Of a stretch of 64,000 nucleotides of DNA, positions 41,035-54,896 are shown one piece after another. The translations under genes were made by a program, and so were the position numbers. The DNA lies in contig OX597817.1 of NCBI GenBank assembly GCA_951406725.2, positions 1,302,001 through 1,366,000 on the forward strand. Direction: 5' to 3'. Each line of letters starts with the position of its first letter. Within the stretch, counting starts at the first letter, position 1. The DNA comes from Octopus vulgaris (lineage: Eukaryota). Below the pieces are notes generated by a model. The model did no database searches, was not told the DNA's origin, and worked only from the letters and a program-made list of their open reading frames with translations.

Positions 41035-41328
41035 TACTTTTATTCTTTTACTCGTTTCAGTCATTTGATTGTGACCATGCTGGAGTACTGCTTTTTTTGT
41101 CGCGCAAATCAACCCCAGGACTTATTCTTTGTAAGCCTAGTACTTATTCTATTGGTGTCTTTCGCCGAACCGGGGACGTAAACACACCAGCATCGGTTGT
41201 CAAGCGATGTTGGGGGGGGGGGGCAAACACAGAGACACAAACATATACACATACACACTTACACAGACACACATGCACACACATACACATACACACACAC
41301 ATACACACACATACATACATACATGCAT

Positions 41329-41388
<60 letters not shown>

Positions 41389-41586
41389 CGGAGATGTACT
41401 CGCATAGCAAGTAATTTGATCTGAGATCGTGTGCTGAAACGAAAACAATTGCAGCGTGGGAGGTGTTTATAAGCCATTTAAGAAACACAAAAGCCGTTCG
41501 ATTCACTCCAACATTTAAGTTTAATTTGTCAAAATATTTTCGTCGCTAAAATCCGCGACCTGTTCACTGACAAAGTCCGTGCTGCA

Positions 41587-41642
<56 letters not shown>

Positions 41643-41812
41643 CATACATACGACGGGCTTCTTTCAGTTTCTGTCTACCAAATCCACCCACAAGGCTTTG
41701 GTCGCCCCGAGGGTATAATAGAATACACTTGCCCAAGGTGCCACGCAGTGGGACTGAATCTGGAACCATGTAGTTGGTAAGCAAGTTACTTACTACACAG
41801 CCACTCCTGCAC

Positions 41813-41814
<2 letters not shown>
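41035..41814 (-). mobile_element. SINE family B, full length, interrupted in its internal microsatellite
   Basis: 5' half (41648-41814) and 3' half (41035-41245) match 10662-11118. Confidence 0.85.
41385..41588. mobile_element. Repeat family X copy 1 (PLE pLTR-like), nested in (TA)n inside a SINE
   Basis: Homologous to 45610-45900 and to the reverse complement of 46210-46385. Confidence 0.7.
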
Positions 41815-41866
<52 letters not shown>

Positions 41867-41935
41867 GTCTGACTGTCTGTCTGTTTGTATGCATGTATGT
41901 ATGTAAGTATGTATGTATGTGTGTGTATGTATGTA

Positions 41936-41988
<53 letters not shown>

Positions 41989-42334
41989 TTTAGGTTAGTC
42001 AAAACAGGTTTGTGACATATTTTAATTTATAAAGGCAAATTCAATGCAGTTACCACAAAGAAAAATAAAATGTCTCTTATGCAAAAAGGTGTAAAATCAC
42101 CATGTCTGCCCAGTGTTCCCCTCTAGCGGCGTTTCTGACCAGATTCAAAGTCGTAGCTTTAGCTAAACAGCAGTCAACATCAGTAGCTGAGTTGCGGTAA
42201 TGGACCCTCTGTGAGAATAAAAATAGCAATATCAACGCCAAGCAGTTATTATGAATAAATTAATCCTAGGTTAGTTTTAAATATGTTTGACATATTTTAA
42301 CTTACCTAAAGTTCGTTTATTCCTAATCACTGCG

Positions 42335-42462
42335 TGGCGTTTAATGTTAGCCGCGTGAATTGAACCTGAGGCCCTGTTCAAATTTGTTGGGCAGCATAAC
42401 GCTACCACTAATGTAGACACATCCAAAGGCCATCACAGTTTGGGGAACTTGATTTTCATGAT
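42335..42462 (-). pseudogene. Tc1/mariner (maT/DD37D-like) transposase fragment
   Basis: MKIKFP/TVMAFGCV..SGSVMLPNKFEQGLRFNSRG (cf. KFPxxVMVxGxV..G.VMPP..F..GL..N); one frameshift. Confidence 0.65.
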
Positions 42463-42659
42463 GTCCATGTCACATCTAACAGCCTTATGATTCGGCGCGA
42501 ATCGTTATAATACAGGTAACTCTTTCCCACTATTCTAGTCCTCCACATCAGCTAACCCTCTCTCAACTACAACTTTAACGGTTCACCAATACATTAAGTG
42601 TTCCTGAAAAGAACAGACATAAAATGTTGCCAAACTTAACCCGAACATTTAGTATATTG

Positions 42660-42840
42660 AAGCACAAAGCTTCAAATTTGTGGGAGATTTATATTGAATT
42701 AAATCGAATCCACATACTCGACTGGTGTTTTATTTTATCGACACCCGAAGATGGAAAGTTACAATCAGGCTCTGCGAGATTTTAACCATAATTACATATC
42801 GCTTTCATTTTGTCTGACGCTTTAACGTTTCTACCAATCT
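42660..42840 (-). mobile_element. SINE family A, degenerate
   Basis: CGACTGGTG..TTTTATCGAC.CCCGAAGATGGAAAG. Confidence 0.6.
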
Positions 42841-43280
42841 ACTACCTACAAAAGTTAATGATATCTAGGAAGAGATGAAATATATCATTTCGCGTATCAT
42901 CAGTATATGTTGCCACAAAGGTATAAAATCTAGTTTCAATGAGGTAAGGAAAATATTTATCATAAAAGAAAAAACGAGGTTTTAATATGGTAAAAAATAC
43001 AATATTGATTACGCTTTGAAACATTCAGTATTGCGTGTGTGGGAAGATGCATGTTATGTGTTTTATGTGTGTATCTTGGGAGGGCTAAAGTAAAGTGACT
43101 CGGCTTCTGTATCATATTTGAATACATTTTATCGCCTTTCTCGCCATGCTAGACAAAAAGAAAAAATCCACCCCTGCCTAAGGGAATTGAACTTAGAGAT
43201 GTGAGGGCGAATTATGAATTAGATATCACAAGGCGTTGGGTGCATTACATATCTAATACATACATACATACATACATACA

Positions 43281-43340
<60 letters not shown>

Positions 43341-43458
43341 TTATGCAGACATTCAAGCGTATATATATCTATAATATATACGCATAAGCATATCTGTATT
43401 ATATATGTAAATATTTTTATGTATATACACACATGCGCGCACACATAATATACGTATA

Positions 43459-43496
<38 letters not shown>

Positions 43497-44668
43497 CATT
43501 TCTACCGCTCTCTCTCTTTCTCCCCCTCTCTCTCTCTATCTGTCTACCTACCTATATATATACATATATATACATACACACAGAGACACATCGTAATTAT
43601 GATTTTCTACTTTGAGAATATGGTATTTTGAAGTGGATATCCAAATTCATTTGTTGATTTTAAGTGTACGATAGTCATAGCATGCATATTCCATTTAATA
43701 CACTAACGAACACACATACACACACATATACACACATGAAATAACTTGAAGCAAACCCCGGAGTGGCCATTAATTAAATTGAATAAGAAGAAAATTGGCG
43801 AGAAAAGAAAAAAGAAAAGGTATGAAGTATAGTGTAAAAAATGTATTTTTAAATTCCATAGAAACCTATAGACAGTATTTTAAAAGGATATCAAGTTTCT
43901 TTGAATATTAGAAATTTGCAGAGCAGAAAACATTCCTTAGATTATTAAAATGTAGAAAGAAATAAGGAAATATGGTTGTACGCAGAAATCTGACAATCAC
44001 TGGCTCGACTTGCAAGAAATAACATCTTCTCTAATTACATCCTACCATCTTGAAAGAAGTGAATGACACATTAGACCACGTAATCCTAGATTTATTTTAT
44101 CTGAGTGGGAGAACTGCATAAGTAGCGGAATATCTTTGAATGTCCGTTGAATCAGGGTTGGTCTGGAGTTAAAGGGTAATAGCAGGTCAGTGAAGGGAGA
44201 CTCAATGTGGTCGTACGATCTGCTGGAATTTGTAGCCAAATCTCTCTTGAATCATTATTTTACGTCATGGAAAGAAAGTAGGACAGGCTTGGTAATGTAG
44301 CGCTGGGTGCACTGCGCATTGTGAAAAAGAACTGTATGGTCAGAAATGGAATGATTTTGAAAATAGGTCTACTTGATCAGAACTGACATGGGACAAAACT
44401 ACCAGCATCACCAGCACCATCAATAGTAGTAAAGTTATAGAAGCCATACGTTGCATTATCTATTTTGTGTTCTGAATTCAAACTCGACTTTGCTTAGACA
44501 TTCCAGAGAGGAACCTAAAACAATAGGCACCTATTAACCACACACACACACGCGCGCGCGCGCACACACACACACACGCACACACACACATATACACACA
44601 CACACGCGCACACACACATACACACACACACATATACATGTATATATAAACATATATACATATATATA

Positions 44669-44916
44669 TTGGGTTGGTGCATAATTATTGCGGCTTTTTT
44701 TCAACAAATTTTATTCAACGAAAACAATAACAATATTTAACAAAAACACCTTTAAATAACGGTCTGACCATCTGCCAAACAAATGGGAAACAGTAAATGA
44801 AGTAGATGGTGAATATGCTCCGGAATAATCATTTAAAGATGTTTTTGATACATGTTATTGTTTTTGTTGAATAAAATTTGTTGAAAAAAAGCTGCCATAA
44901 TTATGTACCAACCCAA
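44669..44916 (+). mobile_element. Mariner-derived MITE
   Basis: TA|TTGGGTTGGTGCATAATTATTGCGG terminus (Hsmar1/MADE1-like); ~90-bp inverted repeats; internal DHLPNKWETVNEVDGEYAPE* equals a mariner transposase C-terminus. Confidence 0.9.
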
Positions 44917-45609
44917 TGTCTACATTCAAGCACATGACCATAAGTAGACCGTCAAAGAATTTGAAAGTAGCAAGTTTCTAAGGTTACCAATGCTTGGATA
45001 TAAATGAAATAAATTTCTATGAAGCCTTATTAGAAACAGGATGTTATAGTCTACTTAGACAAAATCCTGGCTCATATCCTTTTAGGTGGGGAACAAAATA
45101 TTAGTCCCCCGCATGCTGATACATAATTTTGCTTTCAAGGACTAAGTACAAAGCCCTACATTAGCGTGAGTATGAATAAAATGTATGCTCACCCTTTGGT
45201 AACAAAGTTAGCAAAACGGCTCATAAGTTCAAAGTGTTTTTCATATCACTCTTCGGAATATTTGATTTTTTGCCAAGTTTAAAGTGCTTGAATAAGAGTG
45301 ACTACTATTGATGCAAGTCAGCTGTATTAGAACTAATATACAATGAAAATTGTTCCAGTCGTAATTTTCACACCTTTCCTCTCCAATTCATGTGTCTAGC
45401 GCAACAATTTAAATGAGTTGAGAGCGATTGGCTGCTATTTCTAACTAAATAACCACAAAGTTTTCTCGGTTGGCTGCTGTAATATTTGTTGTTTTGAACC
45501 AGCTGTTATAATTTTATTTGGTTCTTAGTACATTGAATATATTTGATTCATATTTAAAAAGTAAGTGTGTAAACTCTGTAATTGTTCTTGCGGTCGAACG
45601 CAATTTCAT

Positions 45610-45900
45610 GATACGGAGAAGTACTTGCATAACAAGTGTTTTTATCTGAAATCGTCTGCTGAAACTAAAGCGATTGCAGCGTGGGAGACATGAGTTAGCC
45701 GTTTAGAAACACACAAAGACTCTTAACTTCATTTAAACATTTATTTATTGTATGGTGTCAGAACTTTCGTCGCTCGAAACTGTCAGCAAAAAGGTCGCAG
45801 TTTCGAGCGTCGAAAACTCTGACACCAAATAAGTGTTTAAGTTAATTTAATGGTCTCTATGTGTTTCTGAATGCCTGACTTACATCTTCCACGCTGCAAT
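45610..45900. mobile_element. Repeat family X copy 2, in fold-back form
   Basis: 45677-45782 is inverted relative to 45799-45900; homologous to 41385-41588. Confidence 0.7.
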
Positions 45901-46209
45901 GGCTGAGATTTTATATTCAATTTAAAACGGTTGCAAAGTGTTCATGTATTCTTCCCTAACCAGCTATTTTCTGCTGGCTGTATTGATCGTTTAGTATAAT
46001 GAAGCCATATAGATCATCTAGTATAGAAAAACCTTCAACCATTCAGTGAGGTAGTTCTCAAACTTATTTAGTTGTGAAACCCATTTATGATTTTTCATAC
46101 ATATATTTTATAGACAACTAATTTCAATAAAAAAATTTCAGTGTTGGAGGTACATAGCCATTCAAAACGGAAAGACCGTTAACTACAATGGAACTTAGTC
46201 AATAGAACC

Positions 46210-46385
46210 ATGACAGTCGCAATAGGTGCAACGAAAATTCTGACACCAAATAATAAATGTTTAAGCAAGTTAACAGTGATTGTGTGTTTTCAATGGTTAC
46301 TACGAGTCTTCATACTGTAGTTGTTTTAGTTTTAATACAAAGTCTCAGATCAAGTCTCTTGCCAGACAAGTACATTTCCGTAATT
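46210..46385. mobile_element. Repeat family X copy 3 (reverse orientation, diverged)
   Basis: GAAAATTCTGACACCAAAT..CTCAGATCAAG..CAAGTACATTTCCGTAAT. Confidence 0.65.
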
Positions 46386-46507
46386 TTATCAAGACACTTC
46401 ATTAAGACATAAAATTATTTTAGTGGGAAGATTTATTCATAACATTTATTTTTAAATTCTGAATACTATTTTCTTTTAATTTTTTTAAAAAAGAAGATTT
46501 TTATGAA

Positions 46508-46725
46508 TCATTTTAAAAGACACCTTATCTCGTGGAGCCACAGCATTTTTTTCAAAGAAGTATATAAGTTGCTCGGGATCCAGTTTGCGTGAAGGCATAA
46601 ACTTCTATGACCATAACCACCACTTACAAGTGAGCATAACTTGGTGGCATGACCCATGTTTTGTAATTGTGTTAGGTGCTTGTGTGGACAACTGTTTGGC
46701 TTATCCATGCTCGGTCCAGTGGTAC
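46508..46725 (-). pseudogene. Possible Neptune-type PLE GIY-YIG C-terminal remnant
   Basis: H..ATKLCSLV..SLCLH..LKK..HEIRCLLK* resembles STxLSxxIW..CxLCLxE..LNxR..CRHxxKxLL. Confidence 0.4.
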
Positions 46726-46805
46726 ATCTAGAGAATGAGAGTGGGCGAAAAGAGAGAGAGAGAGACAGGCAGAGAAAGAAAGAGAGAGAGATAAAGATAA
46801 AGAGT

Positions 46806-46853
<48 letters not shown>

Positions 46854-47111
46854 AAATGAGAAAATGGAGAAATATACCTAAATCAATCATCAACCATCAG
46901 ATAATATCCAATCAATACTTTATTAAACCATTACACAACAGCAGTTATATTATACATAATATATTACAAATATAACAAGACATAGAAATAGAAATAGAAA
47001 TACATCGCAATTTTTAACATTTATGTATTAGTTTTGTTGGGTACCTCTCTAGCAGTATATTGGATATATGTTATCCCATGGAGGGTTGAATTTACAACCC
47101 CTATCTAATTT

Positions 47112-47178
<67 letters not shown>

Positions 47179-47381
47179 CAGTGTACTAGTGTACGCCTGG
47201 TACTAAATTTCCACAGTCGGTCGAGTTATTTGAAGAAATGAAGTTGCTTTCATGAAGAGAGCAAAGTATCACTCGGTCTGGAAATCGAGCTCAGGTCATT
47301 GAAATTATGAGCTCTGCACACCTATCTATCTAGATACGAATGAATATGTGTAAATACATGTGTCTGTGTGTAGGTATATAC

Positions 47382-47421
<40 letters not shown>

Positions 47422-47455
47422 AGGAATATATATATATATATATATATATATAATG

Positions 47456-47558
<103 letters not shown>

Positions 47559-49844
47559 TATATATATATATATATATATAATGTATGTATATATATACAT
47601 ATATATATACAAAGAGACGGACAGCTTTGGAAAATTTATGATTCAAGAATAAGGCTAAGCAAAAAGACAAAATAAATGTTAAAACTCTTCACAAAAGACA
47701 CAGGAAACGTACAGTATACGTGGCAGCCGACCGATACGGCTAAGGAATAAAAATATCATAGTTGAAACCCAGAACTAACCACTTTTCTCTTTTAATCTAT
47801 GCATGTGATTAGGAAAAAAGCCAAGCCATACACTTTTATTTATCACGCTTGCGTGAGATAAATGCGTATCGATTGATTGATCGGTTGATTGATCCATTGC
47901 TTAGCGGATATTTCTGCACTTAACATTCACCACTAACATTTTAACATAATCAGTAGACGCCTTGAGTGTCTATTCATACGGACTGTAGCTGTTTAATAGT
48001 ACAATAGTAGCAGCAGTAGCAATAGTGATTCAGCTCCCAGTTCAGACCTATAATCAAAGGCGCTCCTGCCGTGACCATTTTGATTTTTTTCAGGCACAGT
48101 ATATAATGATTTCATACATCGATGCCCAGCCTTTTTTTATGGTAGTTAGGTGAGATTTGAAGGTTATTTCTAGCATATCGAGTCGCCAGGTCGAGACACC
48201 TTCCATGTCTATGATTGAAATTATCGTCTGGTACGGATTAAAACTGTCGCCTTCTATGGAGTCTTCGGTTTTTGTCTTTCATTTTCCGTTTTGGATATAT
48301 TTTTTACGTTTAAATATGGAACAAAGAAAGCAGGAAAGTGGCAAAAAGAAGAAAAAATTACAGGCTGTGCGTGAGAAGAAATAGCAACTGAATGAGCGTC
48401 AGAAAGAAGCAAAGAAGACAACCGAGAGTGACAGAGAGAAAGAGGAAGCGACGACGGAGAAATAAAGAAAAAGAGAAGCTTACACTCGCACACACATGCG
48501 TACATATGTATATGTGAGTATACGGGGAAAGGGACCAAGAGAAAGAAATAGAATGAGAGAAAGAGGTAGAAAAATACAGGTATATTAAATACCATACAAC
48601 ATAAAAATCTCAGGATCAAGAAGTTACGTCACAATTGCCAAATGACAACTGAAAATAGCTCCAAATAAAGGGGAGATAATCTCAAAAATCAAGAATTAAC
48701 CAAAGTGGACATGTCATTAAGGAGATAAGAGGACACTTGCAATCATATCTTTCTGCCTCAACAGGCGTCATCAGATCGATAAATGTCCTAACTTATCTCC
48801 AGCAGCCGAAGGACATTCACAGATGCATAAAGAGTAGAAAATATTTATGGTCTGGGTAATTTGCATAAATTAAATGAAAATAAGCAAATATGAATGTATG
48901 CGTTTGTGTCTGCTTGTAAGTTTGTGTGTATGCACGTGATCACGTGCGTTCCTGTTTACAAAATAAAGAAAAAGTCCCGGGGCAGAGTTTTTTTATCTAT
49001 AAGGAATCAGACGCTGATTCACTCCTTTGCTACTCAGAGTTTAACGTGTGCGCACTCGATCTCGTAATCCTAGGAAAACTGGGCTAAGGTGGAAGAGAAG
49101 TTTGTAAGAGTTGCTAGTTAGGTTGAAAATGGTCAACGTTGCAGTTTGTATGGCTGCTACCAGCTTTGGCAGCAGTGGCATGGCGAGAGAAGGTTTACAG
49201 TGATTCCTGCCCTGCTGCATTTAGAGTCTATCGACTGGCTTTTGGTTGCAGTTATCCTGAAGCAATCCTCTCTGAAGAGGGTAAATGCATATTTCAGATC
49301 TGTTCAGCGAAATTAATAGCTGTTTACTTCTCGTATTTCAGGATCCTGAATGTTTTCGTGAAGCGTAGTTTGTATTTTCATAATACATCTATACAAGATA
49401 CATAGACGTGTTCTGTTGTAACTTATAGTAATAAAAGGAAGCACCGGGAACAAATCAGTGATTTGAATATGCAAATTGCATTGTACAGAGATTTGTTCTT
49501 TAGTAAATCATAACAAGAAAACGAAAGACCATTAATTGAATATGCAAACTGGTCTACCCAGTTTATTTCAACCTTTAAAATTAGTGGGTTTATGAGCTGC
49601 ATTTTTGCAGGTAATTAAGGAGGGTACACAATTATTGACAAAGATTGCAGCAAGAATCGAAACATCAAAATGTAGCTTTACAGCTGTTCCTTCTTTGGTT
49701 GTCAACGAACATATTGTACAGACGTGCTGCTTACAGTCGTTGTAAAACCCAAATTTGGCTAAAGTACCAAATCATTCAAGTCAGAAGGGATGTGCTCCAG
49801 CATAGCCTTGCCTGTGATGGCTAAAACGAAACAAAAGAACATAT

Positions 49845-49906
<62 letters not shown>

Positions 49907-50061
49907 CAAGACAGACAAGAGAAAGAAGAGCGAGACAGAGATAGCTAGAGAGTGTGTGAGAAAGAGAGAGCGAGAAAGAAAGATGGAGAGGATATTGGAC
50001 CTAGGGGTCAGAAATAGAAATATGTGTATGTTTGTATGCTTTTGTACTTTTATGTGTAAAC

Positions 50062-50093
<32 letters not shown>

Positions 50094-51129
50094 TTAAGGA
50101 TTATGCTACTTAGCTGAGGAGAGAGGGGATGAGAGGGACAGGAGTGTGTGTGTGTGTGTAGAAAGAGTGGGAGGATCGGTGTGGTTTAAGGGTGTAGGCT
50201 TTAATTTATGGCGTTAGAGAACATTCTTCAAGGCCTCCACGACTGACTGTCTCCTGTAATTACGTACTAACAACGGCGTAGTATCGATGGTCGGGGTGTC
50301 GATAGGGGTGCTGATGTCGGAAGTGCAGATGAGGGTGGTGGGTGGTGTTGTTGGCGGCTTAGCGTAGGTGGTTTCGGTTGGAGAGATTTACATGTAAAAT
50401 AAAGTAGGTGACTGATCACAGTTGAAAGTGTTGTTGTTTAGCCCTATGCCAGCCTTGACTGAGCTATAAATAAACACGTTCCAGCCGTGACCATCCTGTG
50501 ATTTTCTAATGTTATTAGTGTATTGTTCAATTTGTTCTTTCTGTTTTTTTTTTAGAGAGAGATTTGGCCGTTATTGTTGATTAACCCAAATTTCGTCTGA
50601 TTGAGCAGACTTATGGCCGAAGACATCCTGCGATCATCCCACCTCATTTTATATATCCAGAATTACATTATCGAATTGTAAAATTCTTAAGACGATACGT
50701 GTGATTAGAGGAGAACTGAGCTACTTCCAGCCGGTCAGGCGACAGTGTAGAGGTTACCTTACTCTCGGAGCCTAACCCGGGACCAAACAATAGCAACCGA
50801 TAAATGACAATACTTCTCCATTAACTCAGCGAGTGAGAAATAACAGCCATGCCGCCATCAAATCACAGCTACTGTCTTAAAATCAATAATTCTAATTCCC
50901 CCATCCAAATCTTCTATTATCGCCTTTCATTTCTCAGTCCAGCTAAGCGTATATTTACATATTCTTGAAATAATCGCAGCAGAGTATGGAAGCACACACA
51001 TGGAGTAAACAATTTAGATTAAAAACAAAGACAAACTGCGACATCACCATCTGAGCCCTTCGATTAATGACAGATTCGATAGAAATTCGCTCCCCAAAGG
51101 AAACGGAAATTATTTGTTTGGCAACAAAC

Positions 51130-53190
51130 TGTGATTACACCGGTGCGGGAGCATTGGAGGAACCTAGTTTCAATGTGGCTTTATTACAAGAAAGCCTTTG
51201 ACTCTGTTCCCCACTCATGGATTCTTGCTAAGGTTCCAATGAGAATAGTCAAAGCCATAACTGACCTGAGTTCATCGTGGGCCACCATCTTGAAATTAAA
51301 CACATATTTCAAGGAGACAACCTCTCTGTGGTGTTGTTTATACTTTCTGTAAACCCTTTGTCATTCATGTTAAGGAAGTGTGAAGGATAACTCGCTGGTT
51401 CACAAGGAAACAGAAATACCAAAATTACTCACTGTTTCTTTGTGGATGATTTAAAACTTTATGCAAAGAATATGCATGAGATGAAAAAGAGTCTTGACCT
51501 AGTTACAACACTCTCAAATGATGTAGGGTTGGAATTTGGTCAAGATAAATGTTGATATTTGGTTGTGAAAGGGGGTGGGGACTATTAACCAGACTATTAG
51601 CACTTCCGTCAATGATTTGACTGTTTCCCCTGTATCTGACGAGGTATGTTACAGGTATCTAGGGGTGGATGAAAATATATCTTACAGTGGCACCTGTAAC
51701 AAAACACATGTCACTAAAGAATATTACAGCTGAATAAAGAAAATTTTGACCTCAGAACTCTCTACCTTTAATAAAACAGTGGCCGACAATGTGTTTGCAG
51801 TGCCAGTACTCATACCAACATTTGGGCTGCTTGATTGGACGCTTTATAAGGGCCGAGTCATTGATGTGAAAACCCGAAAAATACTAAGAAGCACACATAA
51901 TTTCCACATAAACAGTGACGTAGACCGCCTCTACCTAAAACGTAAACAAGGCGGTAGAGGACTAACATCGATCCAAAATGCCTTTGATTGTCGCATCATA
52001 TCCCTTCAGCAACATCTTTTAACCACCAAGCGTCGAAGTACATCCCTTGACCAAGTTTGCATACATGAAGCTGATAACATCATAGGGCTTGGAAGGCATC
52101 TCCTTGAGCAACACTCTGTCTGATAACATAGAATACCTGCCCAAAGAAGTCGCACAACTCTACTGCAACATATCATCAGATGAAAGGATGAGCCTGTATG
52201 ATCACAAGGCTATACATGGATATATTAGAAGAAAGCTCCGTGATGAAAGTAACATCGATCATCAAAGCAGTTTATCATGGACGAATAGCTGGATTATTAA
52301 CTCCCACTTTGAAGGGTATGTGTTTGCTATCCAGGAACAGGAAATATCAACCAAATACCTGATGCACAAAAGGGATAGAGATGCGGGAAAAACCGTAAAA
52401 TGTGACAACCGATGCAGACTTTGTGGAGTTTACACTGAAGATATCACCCACATCATAAGCAGTTGTCCGAAAATGTCATCACGGTATTATCTACCGATGA
52501 GACATGATGTTGTAGCTAGGACACTCTATAATGAAATCCGTCGGAAGGATAATCCCGAGGACAAAGAAATAAAAACCCACAATATAGTACAAGCCATAGC
52601 CACTTATAAAAAGGAATACTGGTGGAGTGTACCTGTGAAGACCTCAATAAAATGTAAGCACAACAGACCTGATATAATGGTTTGGGATAGAGAAGAGAAA
52701 CTGTGCATAGTTGTGGAAATTAGCTGCCCAGAGGATGTTAACATAAAACTGAAAATCAGTGAAAAAGAGAACACCTATGCTGAACTATTGAGAAATCTGC
52801 AGTACTCTATCCAGATTACAAGTTCGGGTTTATACCTGTAATTATTGGGCCTTGGGTTATGTAACACACTGCCTAAATACCAGTCTTGAGAAATTAGGCT
52901 TCTCAAAACCAGAAAAGAGAAGGCTAATTTGGAGTCTACAGATCCAATCACTGGAGCTGTAAAACTCTGTGAAACTTTCCAGAAGTTTATCATTTATGAG
53001 CATGTCTAGATATGTAATGCTATGCATGAGAATACATACATAAAACATACAAATCTGCACATACATGCATACATACATACATACTTAAATACATACACAC
53101 AAAAATACCCGGCTGTTGATGTTGAAATTCCAATGAAGGAACTTTGGATCTTGGTTAGAAACCGGTTCTTTCTCTTGAAATAAACTGAAC
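51130..53190 (+). mobile_element. Degenerate RLE-clade non-LTR retrotransposon (R4/Dong-like)
   Basis: YKKAFDSVPHSWI, HCFFVDDLKLY, YRYLGV, RLYLKRKQGGRGL, AIQEQEI, CRLC..HIISSC, RHDVV, RPDIMV..EISCP; several stops, frameshifts and deletions. Confidence 0.9.
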
Positions 53191-53392
53191 TCACACGATC
53201 ACGCGCACACATGTATAATATATACCGAGAGTGAAGGGAGATACAAATAAAATATAATACAATGTATGTGTGTATATGTATGCACACATACATATTTATG
53301 TATACATACGCGCACACACACATACATAAATACATGTATATATATATATATATATTACCACATAAATCTTACGTGCCAATCTGCTTAGCTAC

Positions 53393-53935
<543 letters not shown>

Positions 53936-53938
53936 GCG

Positions 53939-54461
53939 TACACACTTTCAAACGTAGGCACAGTTACATACAGATACACACAATGGTCTCATGTCAGCAT
54001 TCTCAAAACAGAATGAGGGTTTCCATTCTACGAACGTCAGAAATGTTGACAGCGGTTCAGATAGTTCAACAGCAACACAATTCATCGCCAAGAAACGAAC
54101 GAGTGCCACAGAACGACGATCCCTGTAACCATGGCAAACGTCTTTATAATATTTCATAAAACACAAGTAAAGAAATCTATACACTCAAGATACACTGGCA
54201 TTACAAAGTAGTTAGACATATATTATGTATATACATATATACATATGTACATATATACATACGTGTACGTATATACATATACAAACATAGATTTATTTAT
54301 ACATTTATATATTATTATACATACAAAAACATACGCATACTCGTATAAATACAGTTGCAAACATACTCATAGAATGGAAACCCAAATTCTGTTTTAAGAA
54401 TGCTGACATGAGGCCGGTGTGTATATCTGTATGTAACAGTACGTTCGTTTGCAAGTGTGTA
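53939..54461. repeat. ~95-bp inverted repeat pair with a ~335-bp spacer
   Basis: 53939-54033 vs 54368-54461 (CTCATGTCAGCATTCT.AAAACAGAAT..GGGTTTCCATTCTA). Confidence 0.85.
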
Positions 54462-54484
54462 TGAACGAATGTTTATATGTATGT

Positions 54485-54775
54485 GAAGGCGCATTACTCA
54501 GTGGTTAAAGCGTCAGGCTCACAATCACGAGGTAGTGAGTTCGATTCTCGGACCAGGCTGTGTGCTGTGTTCTTGATGTGATGTCAGTGTGCCAAGTTGT
54601 ATCGGCCCCTTTGCCTTTCCCTTGGATAATATCGGTGGCACGGAGAAGGGAGGCTGGTATGCATGAGCGACTACTGGTCTTCCTAAGCAACCTTGCCCAG
54701 ACTTGTGCCTTAGAGGGGAACATTCTAGGTGCAATTCCATGGTCATTCATGACAGAAGGGGGTCTTTGCCCTTTT
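54485..54775 (+). mobile_element. tRNA-derived SINE family C
   Basis: GGCGCATTACTCAGTGGTTAAAGCG (A box), GAGTTCGATTCTC (B box), GC-richer body, (TA)n after the end. Confidence 0.75.
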
Positions 54776-54806
54776 ATACATATATGTACATATGCATGTG
54801 TATATG

Positions 54807-54896
<90 letters not shown>

